From contig CM106585.1 in assembly GCA_048013815.1 (NCBI GenBank), forward strand, positions 9,548,001 to 9,612,000: a stretch of 64,000 bases of DNA, given 5' to 3'. The notes under the pieces are model-generated. The model worked only from the letters and a program-made list of their open reading frames with translations, was not told the DNA's origin and did no database searches. Numbering within the stretch: the first letter of the stretch is position 1; every line of letters starts with the position of its first letter. The position numbers and the translations under genes were made by a program. This document shows positions 1-11,900 of the stretch, one piece after another. The stretch comes from Setoptus koraiensis. Lineage: Eukaryota; Animalia; Arthropoda.

Positions 1-345
1 ATAATAATAATGATACGGATAATAGTAGTGCGCGGGTGTCCTCTCAAAATACCAACAAGGTCAATGGATGATTTGGTAACAGTAACAGGGTGGCATGGTG
101 AATATTCTAGCAAGTGATGTTCAACAACAATAGTTAAATCTATTATTAATCTAATAATATTAGATGTCTAGTAATAGTAATAGTATTGATAATAGTGATG
201 ATAATAATACTAATAATGCTAATTATGTTAGGAGGCTGACTTTATATTGCACTTTGATGATTAATTTAATAATAGTAATTACAATTATAATAATAATAAT
301 AATATTAATATTGATAATAATAATGGTTGTGATAATGGTGATGCA
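1..345. repeat. AT-rich (TAA)n/(ATA)n low-complexity tract
   Basis: Direct reading. Confidence 0.8.
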
Positions 346-946
346 AAATCAAAATCGCTTTGCCGCCATGTCATTTCGTTGTGTATAATTGAGTGGGGAT
401 AAATGTTTTGGCCATTCGAATTTCGAGCAGTGCTGCAGCCAGACGCATTGGTTCCTGCTCCCACAGTGCTCTAGAAAGATACACACACGCAGACAGGCAC
501 ACACAAATCCGAACAGAAAGGAGAAGCAATTCTTGGCTATGTTTAGGGTGAGACAATCAAGTTGTAAAATTGTTACCGCACTTGTTACCGGCAGTGGTAA
601 TGCATTTTGGCCAAAGTACGGGCGAAACTTACGCAAGCACAGACCATGATTGAGCGCGGATGCACTCGTTCAACCAACTGCATCACGGTGCTCACGTAAC
701 AGTCTGGCCAAGGCAGCACACCCAGATATTCGGCAAGTCTTGTGCCTCTGTGCAGCACAGTGTGCTCCGTGCTTGTACGGGTCGTGGGTAACAGCTTGTG
801 TATGTTTATACGTGTGCTTCTTTGCGCCCATTCCATTGCATTAACCGCACGCGAAGGTGTATTCGCCAACGCTATTACGTTAGTACAGACTGCAGATGTT
901 ATTGTGAATGCGGGAGAATGCTTACGCACTAGACTCGGGTGTGTTG

Positions 947-982
947 GTGTGTGTGTGTGCGTGTGCGTGTGTGTGTGTGTGT
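947..982. repeat. Imperfect (GT)n microsatellite
   Basis: Direct reading. Confidence 0.9.
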
Positions 983-1186
983 CCTGTTAACAAGACTATA
1001 GACTTTAGTGAGAGACTAGTGCTTCAGTCGTGAACAGTCTAGCCATCCGTAGTATACCGCCCTTGAGTTGTACTAAAGTTTTGTCCATTTCGAAAGTTTC
1101 GTTTTTCTATATTTGATATAGTATACTACTGATACACAGATAAGATATGGTGAATTAATAGATTGGTGCAATTAATTGTTTGCGAA

Positions 1187-1218
1187 TATCGATTTACTAT
1201 TGACGATGTGTATAAATA
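1187..1218 (+). promoter_or_regulatory. Candidate core promoter of the CRAL-TRIO gene (DRE-like TATCGATT at 1187-1194, TATA-like TATAAATA at 1211-1218)
   Basis: Motifs seen about 90-120 nt upstream of the ATG at 1310. Function is inferred from insect core-promoter consensus only. Confidence 0.3.
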
Positions 1219-1309
1219 AGCCGCTCAACTCTCCAGAGCACACTACTCTCGTTTTGTCTTTCACACAAATCCATCATATTAGTCCATCTCGCACAATCTT
1301 TCTATCAAA

Positions 1310-2029
1310 ATGAATTTCTTCAAGACATCAAAGAAAACAACCATGAACAACAATAATGAGTGCGACTTACCTGGCGTGACCGACATCAGGAAAGTACTCT
1401 TTGAAAAAGTTTCCCCCAGCGATTTTAACGAAATCGACATCATGCGCCTCCAAAAGGAAGACTACGCTATTACGAGGTATATCAAGAGCGACACAGATGC
1501 CACAATTAAAACCATTCAAGAAGTACTCAAATGGCGCAAGGGTTACAATTTATCCGAATTGAAAGAAGAGGACTTCCCCAAAGAATTCAGAGAGTCTGAA
1601 GTGTTCACTATTCATGGACACGATGTCGACAACAACAAGATGGTTTATATCAGGGTGAAATTGTTCAAGAAAGGCGAACATCCCATTGACGAAGTCAAAA
1701 AGTACTTGGCATTCCTACTAGATAAGGTAGATCGCGAGACTCGAGGCGACGGTTGGGCGCTATGTTTCGATTGTGCCGACGCTGGCTTATCAAACGTAGA
1801 CATGGAATTGTTGAAATTTGTCGTACAAGCGCTAACAAACTATTTCGTAGACAATTGCCGCTATGTGCTAGTATTTGAGATGCCCTGGATATTGTCGTCC
1901 ATCTGGAAGATAGTCAAATCTTGGCTGCCACAAGAACAGCGAGACGCTGTCAAGTTTGCCAGCAAGAAAGACATGGCCTCATACGTAGCCGGGGACCAGG
2001 TGCCCGAATACATGAAATGTGAACCCTGA
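1310..2029 (+). CDS. Intronless CRAL-TRIO/Sec14 lipid-binding protein, similar to the MOSPD2 N-terminal domain, 239 aa, no MSP domain or TM segment
   Basis: Single ORF from ATG to TGA with normal coding composition. Family motifs: ...VLKWRKGYNL..., LCFDCADAGLSNVDMELLKFVV..., VLVFEMPWILSSIWKIVKSWLP...VKF. AATAAA at 2181-2186. Confidence 0.92.
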   Translation: MNFFKTSKKTTMNNNNECDLPGVTDIRKVLFEKVSPSDFNEIDIMRLQKEDYAITRYIKSDTDATIKTIQEVLKWRKGYNLSELKEEDFPKEFRESEVFTIHGHDVDNNKMVYIRVKLFKKGEHPIDEVKKYLAFLLDKVDRETRGDGWALCFDCADAGLSNVDMELLKFVVQALTNYFVDNCRYVLVFEMPWILSSIWKIVKSWLPQEQRDAVKFASKKDMASYVAGDQVPEYMKCEP

Positions 2030-2951
2030 TGATTGATGAAGCCCACCACTAGTAGTTTTAAACTAAGCACACGATGTTTTAGCGAGAGTTTAGTCAATTT
2101 TTATCAAATAATATCATTATATGAAATTGTAGTCAAAAGCTTGCCCCTGCGTCTCGGCAATGGGCGCATAGGCGGCTCGCAATAAAAGAAAAGTGACACA
2201 TTTGTCAATCGAAAAGCGCGCCATTTCAATGTTTCCCTATTTTCTCTCTGGCCCTCTGCGAACTCTTTGCCACTCTCGGGGCATCACCCAGTACGTAATA
2301 TCCTAGTTTAGCGTGGGCGCTCTACGGGCGCAAGTGCACGCAGGTGCAGAGTGCTCCATAAGTATGTCACTCGCTCACAGTTGTGTGCTGTGTGAAAGGT
2401 ATTTCCCTGCGCTAGCTGTGCCCTGTGAAAGGCACCCAACACAAACAGCGGCAATTGCGTGATTTGATGGACGCACCCTACGCAATGTGTTAGCGGAGAC
2501 TGTGTGCGGCTCATACGGACACCCTTGTGCGTTTGTACTGTATCTTGCTTCGTTCGTTCATTCGTTCGTTCGTGTGTGTGAGTCAAGTCCGACGGTGCTG
2601 CCCTCATTGTTGCTGCTGTTGTTGTTGTTTTTTCGATAGCTGCTACTCTTGCTGCTGCTGTTGTTGCTGCTGCTGTTGTTGCTGCTGTTGTTGCCACTAT
2701 CGCTAATGCTCTTTCTCTCTCTCTCTCTCTCGCTCTCTGCACAAGATCAATATTGCGACTCGATGAAAAAGAAGACAGCCACAATCGCTGCAAATTACCT
2801 TTCGCCCGGTTCTGCCATTCAACAATATATTATCACTACTATTATTATTATTATTATTAATACTACCGCTAATATTATTATTATTATTACATTGCGACCA
2901 CACAAATTAGATTCAATTTATAGGACCATTGGAAATTAACATCCTTCCAAG

Positions 2952-3772
2952 ATGGCATTTTCTTTGACAAATGGATCAAAACAACAACCACTATCGCGAT
3001 CTCAATCGTTACCCATTTTTTCGTCAACTCCAACACACCCCTCATCATCTGTGTCCTTGCCGTCTGATGCTTGCACCACTAATGGCTTCATTACGGAACC
3101 TACCCCCCCAACAGTCAAATTATCACCATCACCAACATCATCCATAGAAGTTGCCCGATCTATTATAGAATCTGAGTTTAAACGAATGGGCTTCGAAGAG
3201 GATGGAAGGTGGCGAATCACAGACATTAATAGAGATTTTGAACTTTGTAATACTTATCCACGCTTTATAATACTGCCTTCAAGTGTCAAAGACGAAGACC
3301 TGGAATCGGTGGCGAAATTCCGCTACCTTAGAAGGATACCAAACGTTGTGTGGCGTCATAGAAAAAATGGATGTTTTATAGTTAGAAGTAGCCAGCCCAC
3401 AGTTGGCTGGTGGCTAGGCGGCTGGCGCAACGAACAAGATGAAAGATTGCTGCAAGCTTTCGTCAACAACACCACATCCTGTGATCAAACAAAAAGAAAG
3501 CCTTGTTTTAATCCTTTAGATAATTCAACAAATAACCTGGCATCATCAGATACACCGGCCGACACATCTAGCTCCTCCAAATTACTGATTATTGACGCGA
3601 GAAGTTACACAGCCGCAGTTGCCAATCGTGCCAAAGGAGGTGGATGCGAATGCTCTGAGTACTATCAAAAATGTGAAGTGCAATTCATGAACCTCGCTAA
3701 TATCCATAGCATTAGAAAAAGTTTCCATTCTATAAGGAGTGTTTGTGAAACATATAGTGAACAATCTAATAA
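2952..3772 (+). CDS. MTMR3/4: Myotubularin-related protein MTMR3/4, first recognisable coding exon
   Basis: EFKRMGF..WRITDINRDFELCNTYP..IPNVVWRH..GCFIVRSSQP..GWRNEQDE, LLIIDARSYTAAVANRAKGGGCEC.EYY..CEVQFMNLANIHSIRKSF. Ends AA|GTAAGT (phase 2). The ATG at 2952 could be the start or follow an acceptor (CCTTCCAAG). Confidence 0.92.
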
Positions 3773-3893
3773 GTAAGTATAGATGGATATCTCTCAAGAT
3801 AACAATCAATGTCTTTCCCAGCAACAAACAACAGTTATCATAATATTTTGGATAAATTATTAACACACACACATTTTACTTTCAAATATTCAG

Positions 3894-4018
3894 TTGGCTT
3901 AGCCTTCTTGACAACTCCAGGTGGTTGCATCATATATCTGGTCTTCTCAAATCTGCATTATTAGTTGTCGATGTTATAGACTCAGGGGAAAAATCAACTC
4001 TGATACACTGTAGTGATG
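3894..4018 (+). CDS. MTMR3/4: MTMR3/4 exon: WLSLLDNSRWLHHISGLLKSA...LIHCSD
   Basis: TTCAG acceptor at 3893 and G|GTAAGT donor at 4019. In phase with the flanking exons; 121-nt upstream intron. Confidence 0.93.
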
Positions 4019-4132
4019 GTAAGTTTCATTCATTGAAATAACCCGCTTTTATTCAATAAAATTATAATCGTTTCTTTTTGAGTTGCTAGTATACCTGATC
4101 TAATAAAACTATCTTCCTTTCTTTTTTCTCAG

Positions 4133-4557
4133 GTTGGGATCGAACTCCTCAAATAGTTGCCTTGGCTGAGATTATGTTGGACTCTTTCTATAGGACTTTA
4201 GAGGGTTTTCGCACACTAGTCCAACGTGAATGGCTCGATTTCGGTCATAAATTTGCTGACCGTTGTGGGAATGGTTCCAGTTGTGATGACCCTAATGAAA
4301 GATGCCCTGTTTTCCTTCAGTGGCTCGATTGTGTCCAGCAATTAGTTGTGCAGTATCCTAGCCACTTTGAATTTAACTCACAATACTTAGTTAAACTTAT
4401 AAACCACACATACTCTTGTGTGTTTGGCACGTTTTTTTGCAACAGTGCTCAAGAGAGAGCCCTCAATAGGATTGATGAGCAAAGTTTTTCAGTATGGTCA
4501 TACTTTGACTCTTCCAGGAGCCGTTATACTAATGAAAAGTACCAAAAGAACGACGAG
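4133..4557 (+). CDS. MTMR3/4: MTMR3/4 exon completing catalytic HCSDGWDRT, then PQIVALAEIMLD..YRTLEGF..REWLDFGHKF..CPVFLQWLDCV
   Basis: Strong pyrimidine tract plus CAG at 4132; GAG|GTGAGC donor at 4558. Canonical myotubularin phosphatase motifs. Confidence 0.95.
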
Positions 4558-4666
4558 GTGAGCTGCTCAACTTTAAATAATAAGCTGTTTTATTTATTGG
4601 TAGAACTTAATCAACTAATCCTCGCTCTTTCTCTCTCATACAATATCTAAAAATGACGCCGATCAG

Positions 4667-4939
4667 GTCTTGAGGCCATCTTGCAAAGTGAGAGATCTTC
4701 ATTTCTGGAAAGAAGTTTATTTACCATCTCATCGAGCCTCCTCTGGATCTACCCCAAATGGTTCACCCGGAAACAATTCTTCGAGCAGCATTTTCGAAAT
4801 GGACGGATCATTAGTTGCTTTGAACCCTGCAGCTGTTCAAGCTAAAATGTCTTTACTAGTCCAGAAGGTATCCATGACAAACATAAAAAGCCTGCAGCAA
4901 GACTCTCTTGGATCACTAAAAACGTTACTCCGGATTTGA
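4667..4939 (+). CDS. MTMR3/4: MTMR3/4 exon VLRPSCKVRDLHFWKEVYL... to TGA; the 3' end is uncertain (possible internal donor AAG|GTATCC at 4868)
   Basis: CAG acceptor at 4666, phase 0. VL.P....L..W..VYL is the conserved end of the myotubularin domain. Confidence 0.78.
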   Translation, partial: VLRPSCKVRDLHFWKEVYLPSHRASSGSTPNGSPGNNSSSSIFEMDGSLVALNPAAVQAKMSLLVQKVSMTNIKSLQQDSLGSLKTLLRI

Positions 4940-7399
4940 CGACTCGCGTGCACCTTGCAATAGGCCATGAGCTATCAGATCTTAACTTTCTACTGACACC
5001 TCCATCTTTACCCTTGCCTGTAATCTACCACACAATGTACTATGTGTAAGCTCAATTACCCAAACTAATTTTCTATCTAGGATTCCCTGTTCAACTACAT
5101 AATCGCTACAGGATGACTTTAATCATGCTTGAAAATCTATCTAATCGTAATTCCTTTCTTTCGCTTCTCAAAATCAGATTAATGTAGGTGATGGAATGAA
5201 GCAGAACGGGTTCAAGCAAAATCAGGATACCGAACATCGCGAGACGATGGCTATCACCATGATTGATTCAGCTGGTCTAAAATCAAATTAGAAATTTCTT
5301 GTGTGCAGGGAAGATATGAATGATAAACATGAAATAATGTAAATAGACGACTTAAGGACCATTTATAAACAATATAGAATTACCATAGGTTTGGTGAAGT
5401 CGGAGATTCCTCAGTGTTATTGTTACTGTATTTATTGTACCTTGATTTTCGTTAGATTCTGCTCGCAGCCGATCCTTTTCTGGCCTGTTAGCACAAAGAA
5501 ATTCGAAGGTATTTAGACAATTTCTTCATTGACTGAATCACAAAAGTATTTATTTGACCATCTAACTCTTGTCAAGTAACAAAAGTGCCCATCACAGTAA
5601 AACTTATCAATTCGCGACTACGCTGTAATAAATGTTTATTTCGGTGAGTGCTAGATTTGGATTTCTTTCAATTATTCAATAAAGTATAGCATGTGTGATC
5701 TACCGTCCAATATGTTATTACTAGATTTATAAAAATGGTGTCTATAGTTGTACATCCGACTCATAGCCTCTCTTTGAATGTGCAGAAGATGGGAGCGTTC
5801 TTATAAATATTCAACGAAAGTTGTGAGTTAGCATCGCAGCAAATGACAAGAATATTAATTTACTTGATTGGCAGGTCGCCGTAATTTGATCCTTCCTTTG
5901 AAAGTGGATCCATCGTTCAGTGTCACAAAGATCTTGACCAACAGTTGACTAATTCCCTGTATTGGACAAGTAAGCCATTACAGAAAAGTATCCTCTTTCC
6001 TATTCTCTCGGATCAATGAAGGATGGATAGTTTTGTTTCGAAAGTTATGTCATGGACCGCTGGGATGAATTTTTTCGCTCTACAAATGACAGATTATAAT
6101 GTGAGAACTGGCGAGGTTTTCATGGCAATCTCATGGTCGAGTGACTTCATGCTCGGTTCCAAAGTTGGGCATCTAATCTCAAGTCACTATTATCACTGAG
6201 AGCCTCATTAAATTTTCGTCAAAGCAGTGACCACTCTAGTATTTTGTTTGTATGGATATTGTCATGAAGACTATCAGTGTATGATATGGTCATTGACAAA
6301 ACTTAGTCACAGCAACGTTGGTAAGAGTCTATCTAGAAGATCAGTGATTCAAGGGGCCCCATTAGCTACAATATCAGAACTGAGCGCTGAGGCCTAGAAA
6401 GAGACCAGGCATACAGTGTAGATGAATCAGTTGTAGCATTGTGAGGGCGAGGCTGTACCCAGGGATCCCAAAATGAGTTCTGAGGTGGCGCTTCATATTT
6501 TCTTCACTGCAACGCGAGTGAATATAACCAACGAGCCAGAAAGGATTGCGCCGCTAGCGCCAAGAGGCATCTAATTAAATAAAAGTCATGAGAATGGCGC
6601 CGAAAAAGCACATTTTATACATTTTTTTTTCTTTCTTTGAAAGGATTTCTTTCAAAGCGAATATTTATCTCGGTCGGCTTAGCATGATCAAATTTTTGAG
6701 GCGGACGCGTTTATTTTGAGACAACTTTATTTCAAGTTACAACGAGATAATCTATTGTTGAGCAGGTCAGAGCGGCAGCGGCAGCAGTACCGAAATGGGT
6801 CCGACAGGAATGGTCGTTTCCCCCGCGCGCCCATGAAGTTGGGCTCGGAACTCTTTCGATCGAGTCATTGTTCTTGTTCCTGTTTTTCCCCCCTCCATTC
6901 TTTTTTCAATGTTTATTGCACAATTGAATACAGTTGTACAGTTGTACAGTTGTATAGTGGGGCACATTGTGAGCGTTTTATTCTGGTGGTGGCGTGCACG
7001 AGCAAGCCGTGTATACTGATGTATACTGATGGACAAAGTTTACAATCAAGAGAGCTGTCGCTTGGTTCAGCCGCAAGGCGGCTTTTTATATTGCTGCACC
7101 GGATAGGCTGGTTGCATTATGACGACGATTGAAGGTCGCTGATGTGCTTGCGACACGCCTGCGCTAACGGGGGCCCCAGCAGCGGCAGCAGCAGCAGTAG
7201 CAGCTGTGCACTGTTGCTGGCTGTGAGTTGGTCGCATGGAGTCGCTGGCATTTCCACGTTGCGATAGAGTTGCCAACTACAGCAATAATGTGTCTTTAAG
7301 CAGGGCCAGCAAAACTACTGCAGCCAGAGCTCATTTGTATGTGAGCGTTAGTTACGTGATATACACAAATGTTGGCTGGCGCACGTGTTTATATTGCAC

Positions 7400-7401
<2 letters not shown>

Positions 7402-7435
<34 letters not shown>
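7402..7435. repeat. (GT)17 microsatellite
   Basis: Direct reading. Confidence 0.95.
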
Positions 7436-7436
<1 letters not shown>

Positions 7437-8040
7437 GGTGAGGGGGTCGCATTGCGAGCGTATATACGGTAATGGTAGTGTTAGCAGCGCCGCTAGTGCA
7501 CTGGTGGATATTGTACATATAGTTATGACAGTGTACTGTAGATAGTTGAGTGTCGCCGTGGAATAATTCGACCGGCGGCGCGAGTGAGCCGCCGCGCTTA
7601 CAACTGCCGCTAGTGGAGCTGCTCGCAACAGTCTGACTCAGACAGTCTGAGCGAACTACTCGGTAGTTACTACTGGCAGGGGCAGGCAATGTTGCGCACT
7701 CACACAATTGTCGGTCGTCTCACTGCAGCCAGCACACACTGATACCCCTATAGAGTGTTGCGCGCCTCGTTGGTTGCATGTCTCACAATGTCGGATCGGT
7801 TGCTTATCTCACAATGTTGCTTGTTGTTGTAAGCGGCTAACAGTAGTGGCTAGCTGATTAGATTCGACTGGCGGCGATTGTGAGTTGCACGCATTCGCAC
7901 TGCGCCGCCGCTGTCTCTCCCCGCGTGCGCACCCCCTGCCCCCCCCCAGCCGTGCCTCACTCATGTAGACGCAGTACACGCAGTGTAGTAGCCCCACTGG
8001 AGTAGCAGCAGTGATAGTTCAATGATTTAGTCGATGCGAA

Positions 8041-8075
8041 TCAGTTCGCAAAGTTAGCTCGCACCGGTCACACAC
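8041..8075 (+). promoter_or_regulatory. Candidate cpo core promoter: Inr-like TCAGTT (8041-8046) and Ohler motif-1-like CGGTCACAC (8065-8073)
   Basis: Motif match to Drosophila consensus, at the boundary where plus-strand composition switches from GT-rich to CA-rich. Confidence 0.3.
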
Positions 8076-8817
8076 ACACACACACACACACTCACTCACA
8101 CAATTCGTTCATTCACTGTCGCGCACCAGCACCAACGCACACACACGCACGCACACTCACTGGGCGAATCTCAACGTGCACCAGTATCGAATATCAGCAC
8201 CAGAATACACACACTCACACATGTAATGTTATCGTCGTCATCATTATCATTATTATTATTATCATTATTATTATTGCCAGCGTAATCATTATTAACTTGC
8301 ATTATTAAATTGCATTATTAAATTGCAGCAAGCGAACTGCGAACACAAACCGATATTACGTTATATGCAAACAGCGCAACATTGTTGAGCGAACCAAAGA
8401 GCGAAACAATTCTTTTTGAGCACCAAAACTCGAGTCGGACAAGTTGTTTTGGCGAGCCAGCGCGCACCCTCGAGCACACCCAGCGGACGCAGCCAGCCAA
8501 TTGATTTTTGTACAAAATTGTCGCAATTGCCAACCGCAAGCACAGCCGAAACTGCAACCGCAACAACAACCGCAACACCTAACAACAACCCGCAACAACA
8601 CCCAACAACGACACACAACAACCAACAACGACACACAACAACGCGCAACAGCACGCAACAACAGCCTCAAGTGGGCCCACTCCAATCGCAAGCTCGCCAG
8701 CAAGTCGCGGAACAGGCCAGTCGCAAGAGGCTCCCAGCAGCCCAAAGCAGCCGCAAGCAGCACCCAGCAGAGCCAACAAGAAGCTCGAGAAGCGGCCCCA
8801 CAAATCACAGCAAGCAA

Positions 8818-8916
8818 ATGTCTGACAATCTCCACAATCATTCTCCGTCGGCGCAATTGAATGTTGCCAAGCGAATGGAGAGCGAGGATCTGGTCATCGG
8901 TTCGATAAATTCCAAT
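8818..8916 (+). CDS. cpo: couch potato coding exon 1 (MSDNLHNHSPSAQLNVAKRMESEDLVIGSINSN)
   Basis: First in-frame ATG; ends AAT|GTAAGT, phase 0, compatible with the RRM exon at 12192. The frame is open upstream to 8389. Confidence 0.68.
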
Positions 8917-11900
8917 GTAAGTACCGCACACACACACACACACACACGATACCGCCACTTGGCGTTCTTTCAACAAACTGTGTCTGCCTGTTCACTGTTG
9001 CTCGCGAGCCTCCGGATTGCGGCCGACCGGCGGATCGTGCTGGCAAACTGAAAACAATTCCGAAATGTCCAAGGACACTGGCCTTGTTTGCGCCAAGAAA
9101 GAATAAGATTCTTTTTACTACTCATGTACGCAGCTTGCACGATATGTGCATGTGGTTGCTGGCACCAATTTTAGCTGTGATTAGCAAAAAACAGCAGACG
9201 CTCACTAGCGAGTTAATTTGGTAATACTAGTCGTCGTCGTCGTCGCTGTCTACACCGTGGCCGGGCCGGCGCGCTGTTCAGTTAACGCTAATACGCGGAC
9301 GGCATCAACAACAACAACAACAACATCGGCTGCAGCAACAACGACGCAACAGCAGCGAGCTCGAGTTAGCTTGTCGGATCTGATGTTTATTGTCCGTGTT
9401 CGCTGTCGGCTCATCTTCTCTCTCTCTCGATAGAAATAGAATCGCATGCGATGCAGCAGCAGCAGCAGCCTCTTGGCAATAACTAATTGTCGAGTTGCTC
9501 AACAACAACCACCTAGTTATTGGACTCTGCTCTCACTCTCGCTTGCGAGCGCTGATGACTAGTAATGGTAATAGTAAGCAATAGTAATTCCTCATGGTAT
9601 CATCTCCTCATCATCATCTTGAATCACCGCAACTGCAAATGCATGCACCGCCATTGGCGTAGACAAAAACTATTCTCACAATGCTGACACATTTATCACA
9701 TTATCGCTGTGTGATAGACATCAATTTAAAGCCAGCCACCAAGCCTGGTTGAGCGTGGATATTATATCACCACCACATTACCATGTCGCCTCGCTTAGTC
9801 GATATTACTGGCTTGCAATATTGCGCAATGCCGCTGGTTGCTCTGCAGCCACCAACAAAGCGCCTTACAGCGCCGGAGCACAGATGCGGACGAGGCTGGC
9901 ACCAATAATGAACACACAAACAGAGGGTCTTTGTTGAGCACACACGGCGGCCCCACAATGATGCTGACCCTGAATTTCGCGCGCTCGCAGCCGGTGATTA
10001 GAGAGATGCGGAGCAGCAACAACACAACATCCAACAGCGATAACATTATATAAATATATGGCCGAGTTATATATATTATAGCGGGCCTCCGGACGACCGG
10101 AGAGAAGAGGTGAAATGGGAATTTCCATTATTCGCCATCATTTGCCATTATTTGCCATTATGCCCCGTATCGTCGTCACTGTGTGCTGTTACGCTAGCCG
10201 GCGGCGCGTTAGCCCCGGCTCAGCGATTGGCGTCTGGCGCAACGTGCGCGTCTCGCGCGAGGGGCGCTTACGTCGGCCGATGTTAATTTACGGTGCACTC
10301 AATTGCGACAGCAGCGCCAGTGCTCATTGTTGTTGATGTTGCTGCTGCCGCTGCTGTTGTTGGTGGTACCGATGTTGCTGTTGTTGGTGATGTTGCTGTT
10401 GTCGGTGGTGCCGACGTTGTTGTTGTTATTGGTGGTGGCGATTTAAACATGGCCAGCGCTGGCGTGGCAGCAACCACTTTGCCCAAAGCCAACTTCGCGT
10501 TTGCTTTTTGCGACAGTTGTCAGCAGACCGGCCTTGCAGCGCCGAAGCGAGCCTCAGCTGGTGCTGGTGACGAGCAACATCTTTCGACATCCGTTCGCCA
10601 GTCACAGTAACCAGCGCAACGGACAGACGGACGCAACGCTGGTGCTGGCTGGTTGGTTGGGCTGTTCGCTCGGGCTCAATTCGCTCTTGAATCTCAATTT
10701 GAGAAACTGTCCGATTAGAAGCAGCGACGCCCATTAGATTATTTCCTATTAGATTTGCGCCACGTTCATTCACCACTGCTATCGGTGGCCTCCATCTAAT
10801 GGTGATAATAGCAGCAGCGGCAGCAGCAGCGCCACTGGCAACAATTCTCGAACTGGCATTTGGTGTGTTCCGAGTTCGAACGCCAGCTCCGCTCGCTCAC
10901 AATTGTCAGTGCGGCCATCGGCGGGCCGGATGGTTCCGTTGTGTGTCGTGTCGCTGTTGTGCGTTGTTGCGCGTTTTACGCCGTTTCCCAAAATATAGTG
11001 GCCGCAGCACGACCAACGCCGCCGGAGCAGATGTTTGGCCGGACAGGAGCGAGAGAGCGCCACACAATGACGCTTATCTCGCGTGCAGCACGCGCACGCA
11101 AATGGGACAAATCGAACGGCGGCAGCAGCGCTCGTGTTCGAAATTCGAACGTCCAAGGTCCGAAATTCGCAATTCATTCATAAAAATGCCACTCGACGGG
11201 CGCAGTTGCGACGGCAACTGTCGTCGCGGGGCCGCCGCCAGCGCCGGTGTCGCCCGTGCTGCCAGAAGCGCCAACAACAACAACAACAGCAGCAGCACGA
11301 GCGTCGTGTTTGCGTTAGGGCCGGCGCTGGCCGTGTTTACATGTGCACACTTTTATATTTGTATTATATTTGTACATCTGCCCGGCCCGTCGGCGGCGCG
11401 GTTACTGTTCCGCCAGTTGACTCTCGACCCCAGTCCCGACGGGGAAAAATCCCGGCCGGCCGGCCAGCCCGAGCTGGGACCCGAAGAATCAGCCGCGCCG
11501 GCCGATGGGTTCAGGGTCAGCCAGCCAACTGGCAAGAGCGCTGCTGGCCGGGCCGGCCGCCGGCGTGATTTATGGGTGCGCAAAGCTAGCTGAGCGAGCT
11601 AATCTGTTTGAGCTGGCCAATTGTTCCTCGGTGGCGGCGCCCAACTGCAGCCGCGTCCAAACTGTCGGGCGAACCGGTTGTGGTCGCAGGCGTCGCACAC
11701 GCTACCCATTACGGTGTCCAGCGATGCAGTGAACCAGGTGGACAGATTGATCGACAGCAGGGGCCCCGTTTGCGTCTCATCGCGACCGCCTGTCCAACTG
11801 TCATTGTGTGCGCAATTATCGCACGCTCTCTCTCTCTCTCTCTCACTTTGGCCAGCTGGCCAGCTCAGTGTCGGTCTGGCGGGCCAGCGCAACGGACCCC

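Noticed and set aside
2308-2793. Minus-strand 161-aa ORF with CVGC...H, LIM- or DHHC-like
   Set aside because: Remaining Cys/His ligands are missing and the N-terminal half is microsatellite-derived.
5577-5643. RLRCNKCLF as a possible FYVE fragment of MTMR3/4
   Set aside because: It lacks WxPD, R(R/K)HHCR and the remaining Cys pairs.
10082-10109. GPPDDRREE followed by GT, resembling the EEE that usually precedes VRTLF in Cpo
   Set aside because: The only nearby acceptor (TAG at 10081) gives a 28-nt exon out of phase with exon 8818-8916, there is an in-frame stop at 10041, and the donor GTGAAA is weak.
11137-11151. GTTCGAAATTCGAAC, similar to a tRNA T-loop/B-box
   Set aside because: It is only a short palindrome, with no cloverleaf or A-box.
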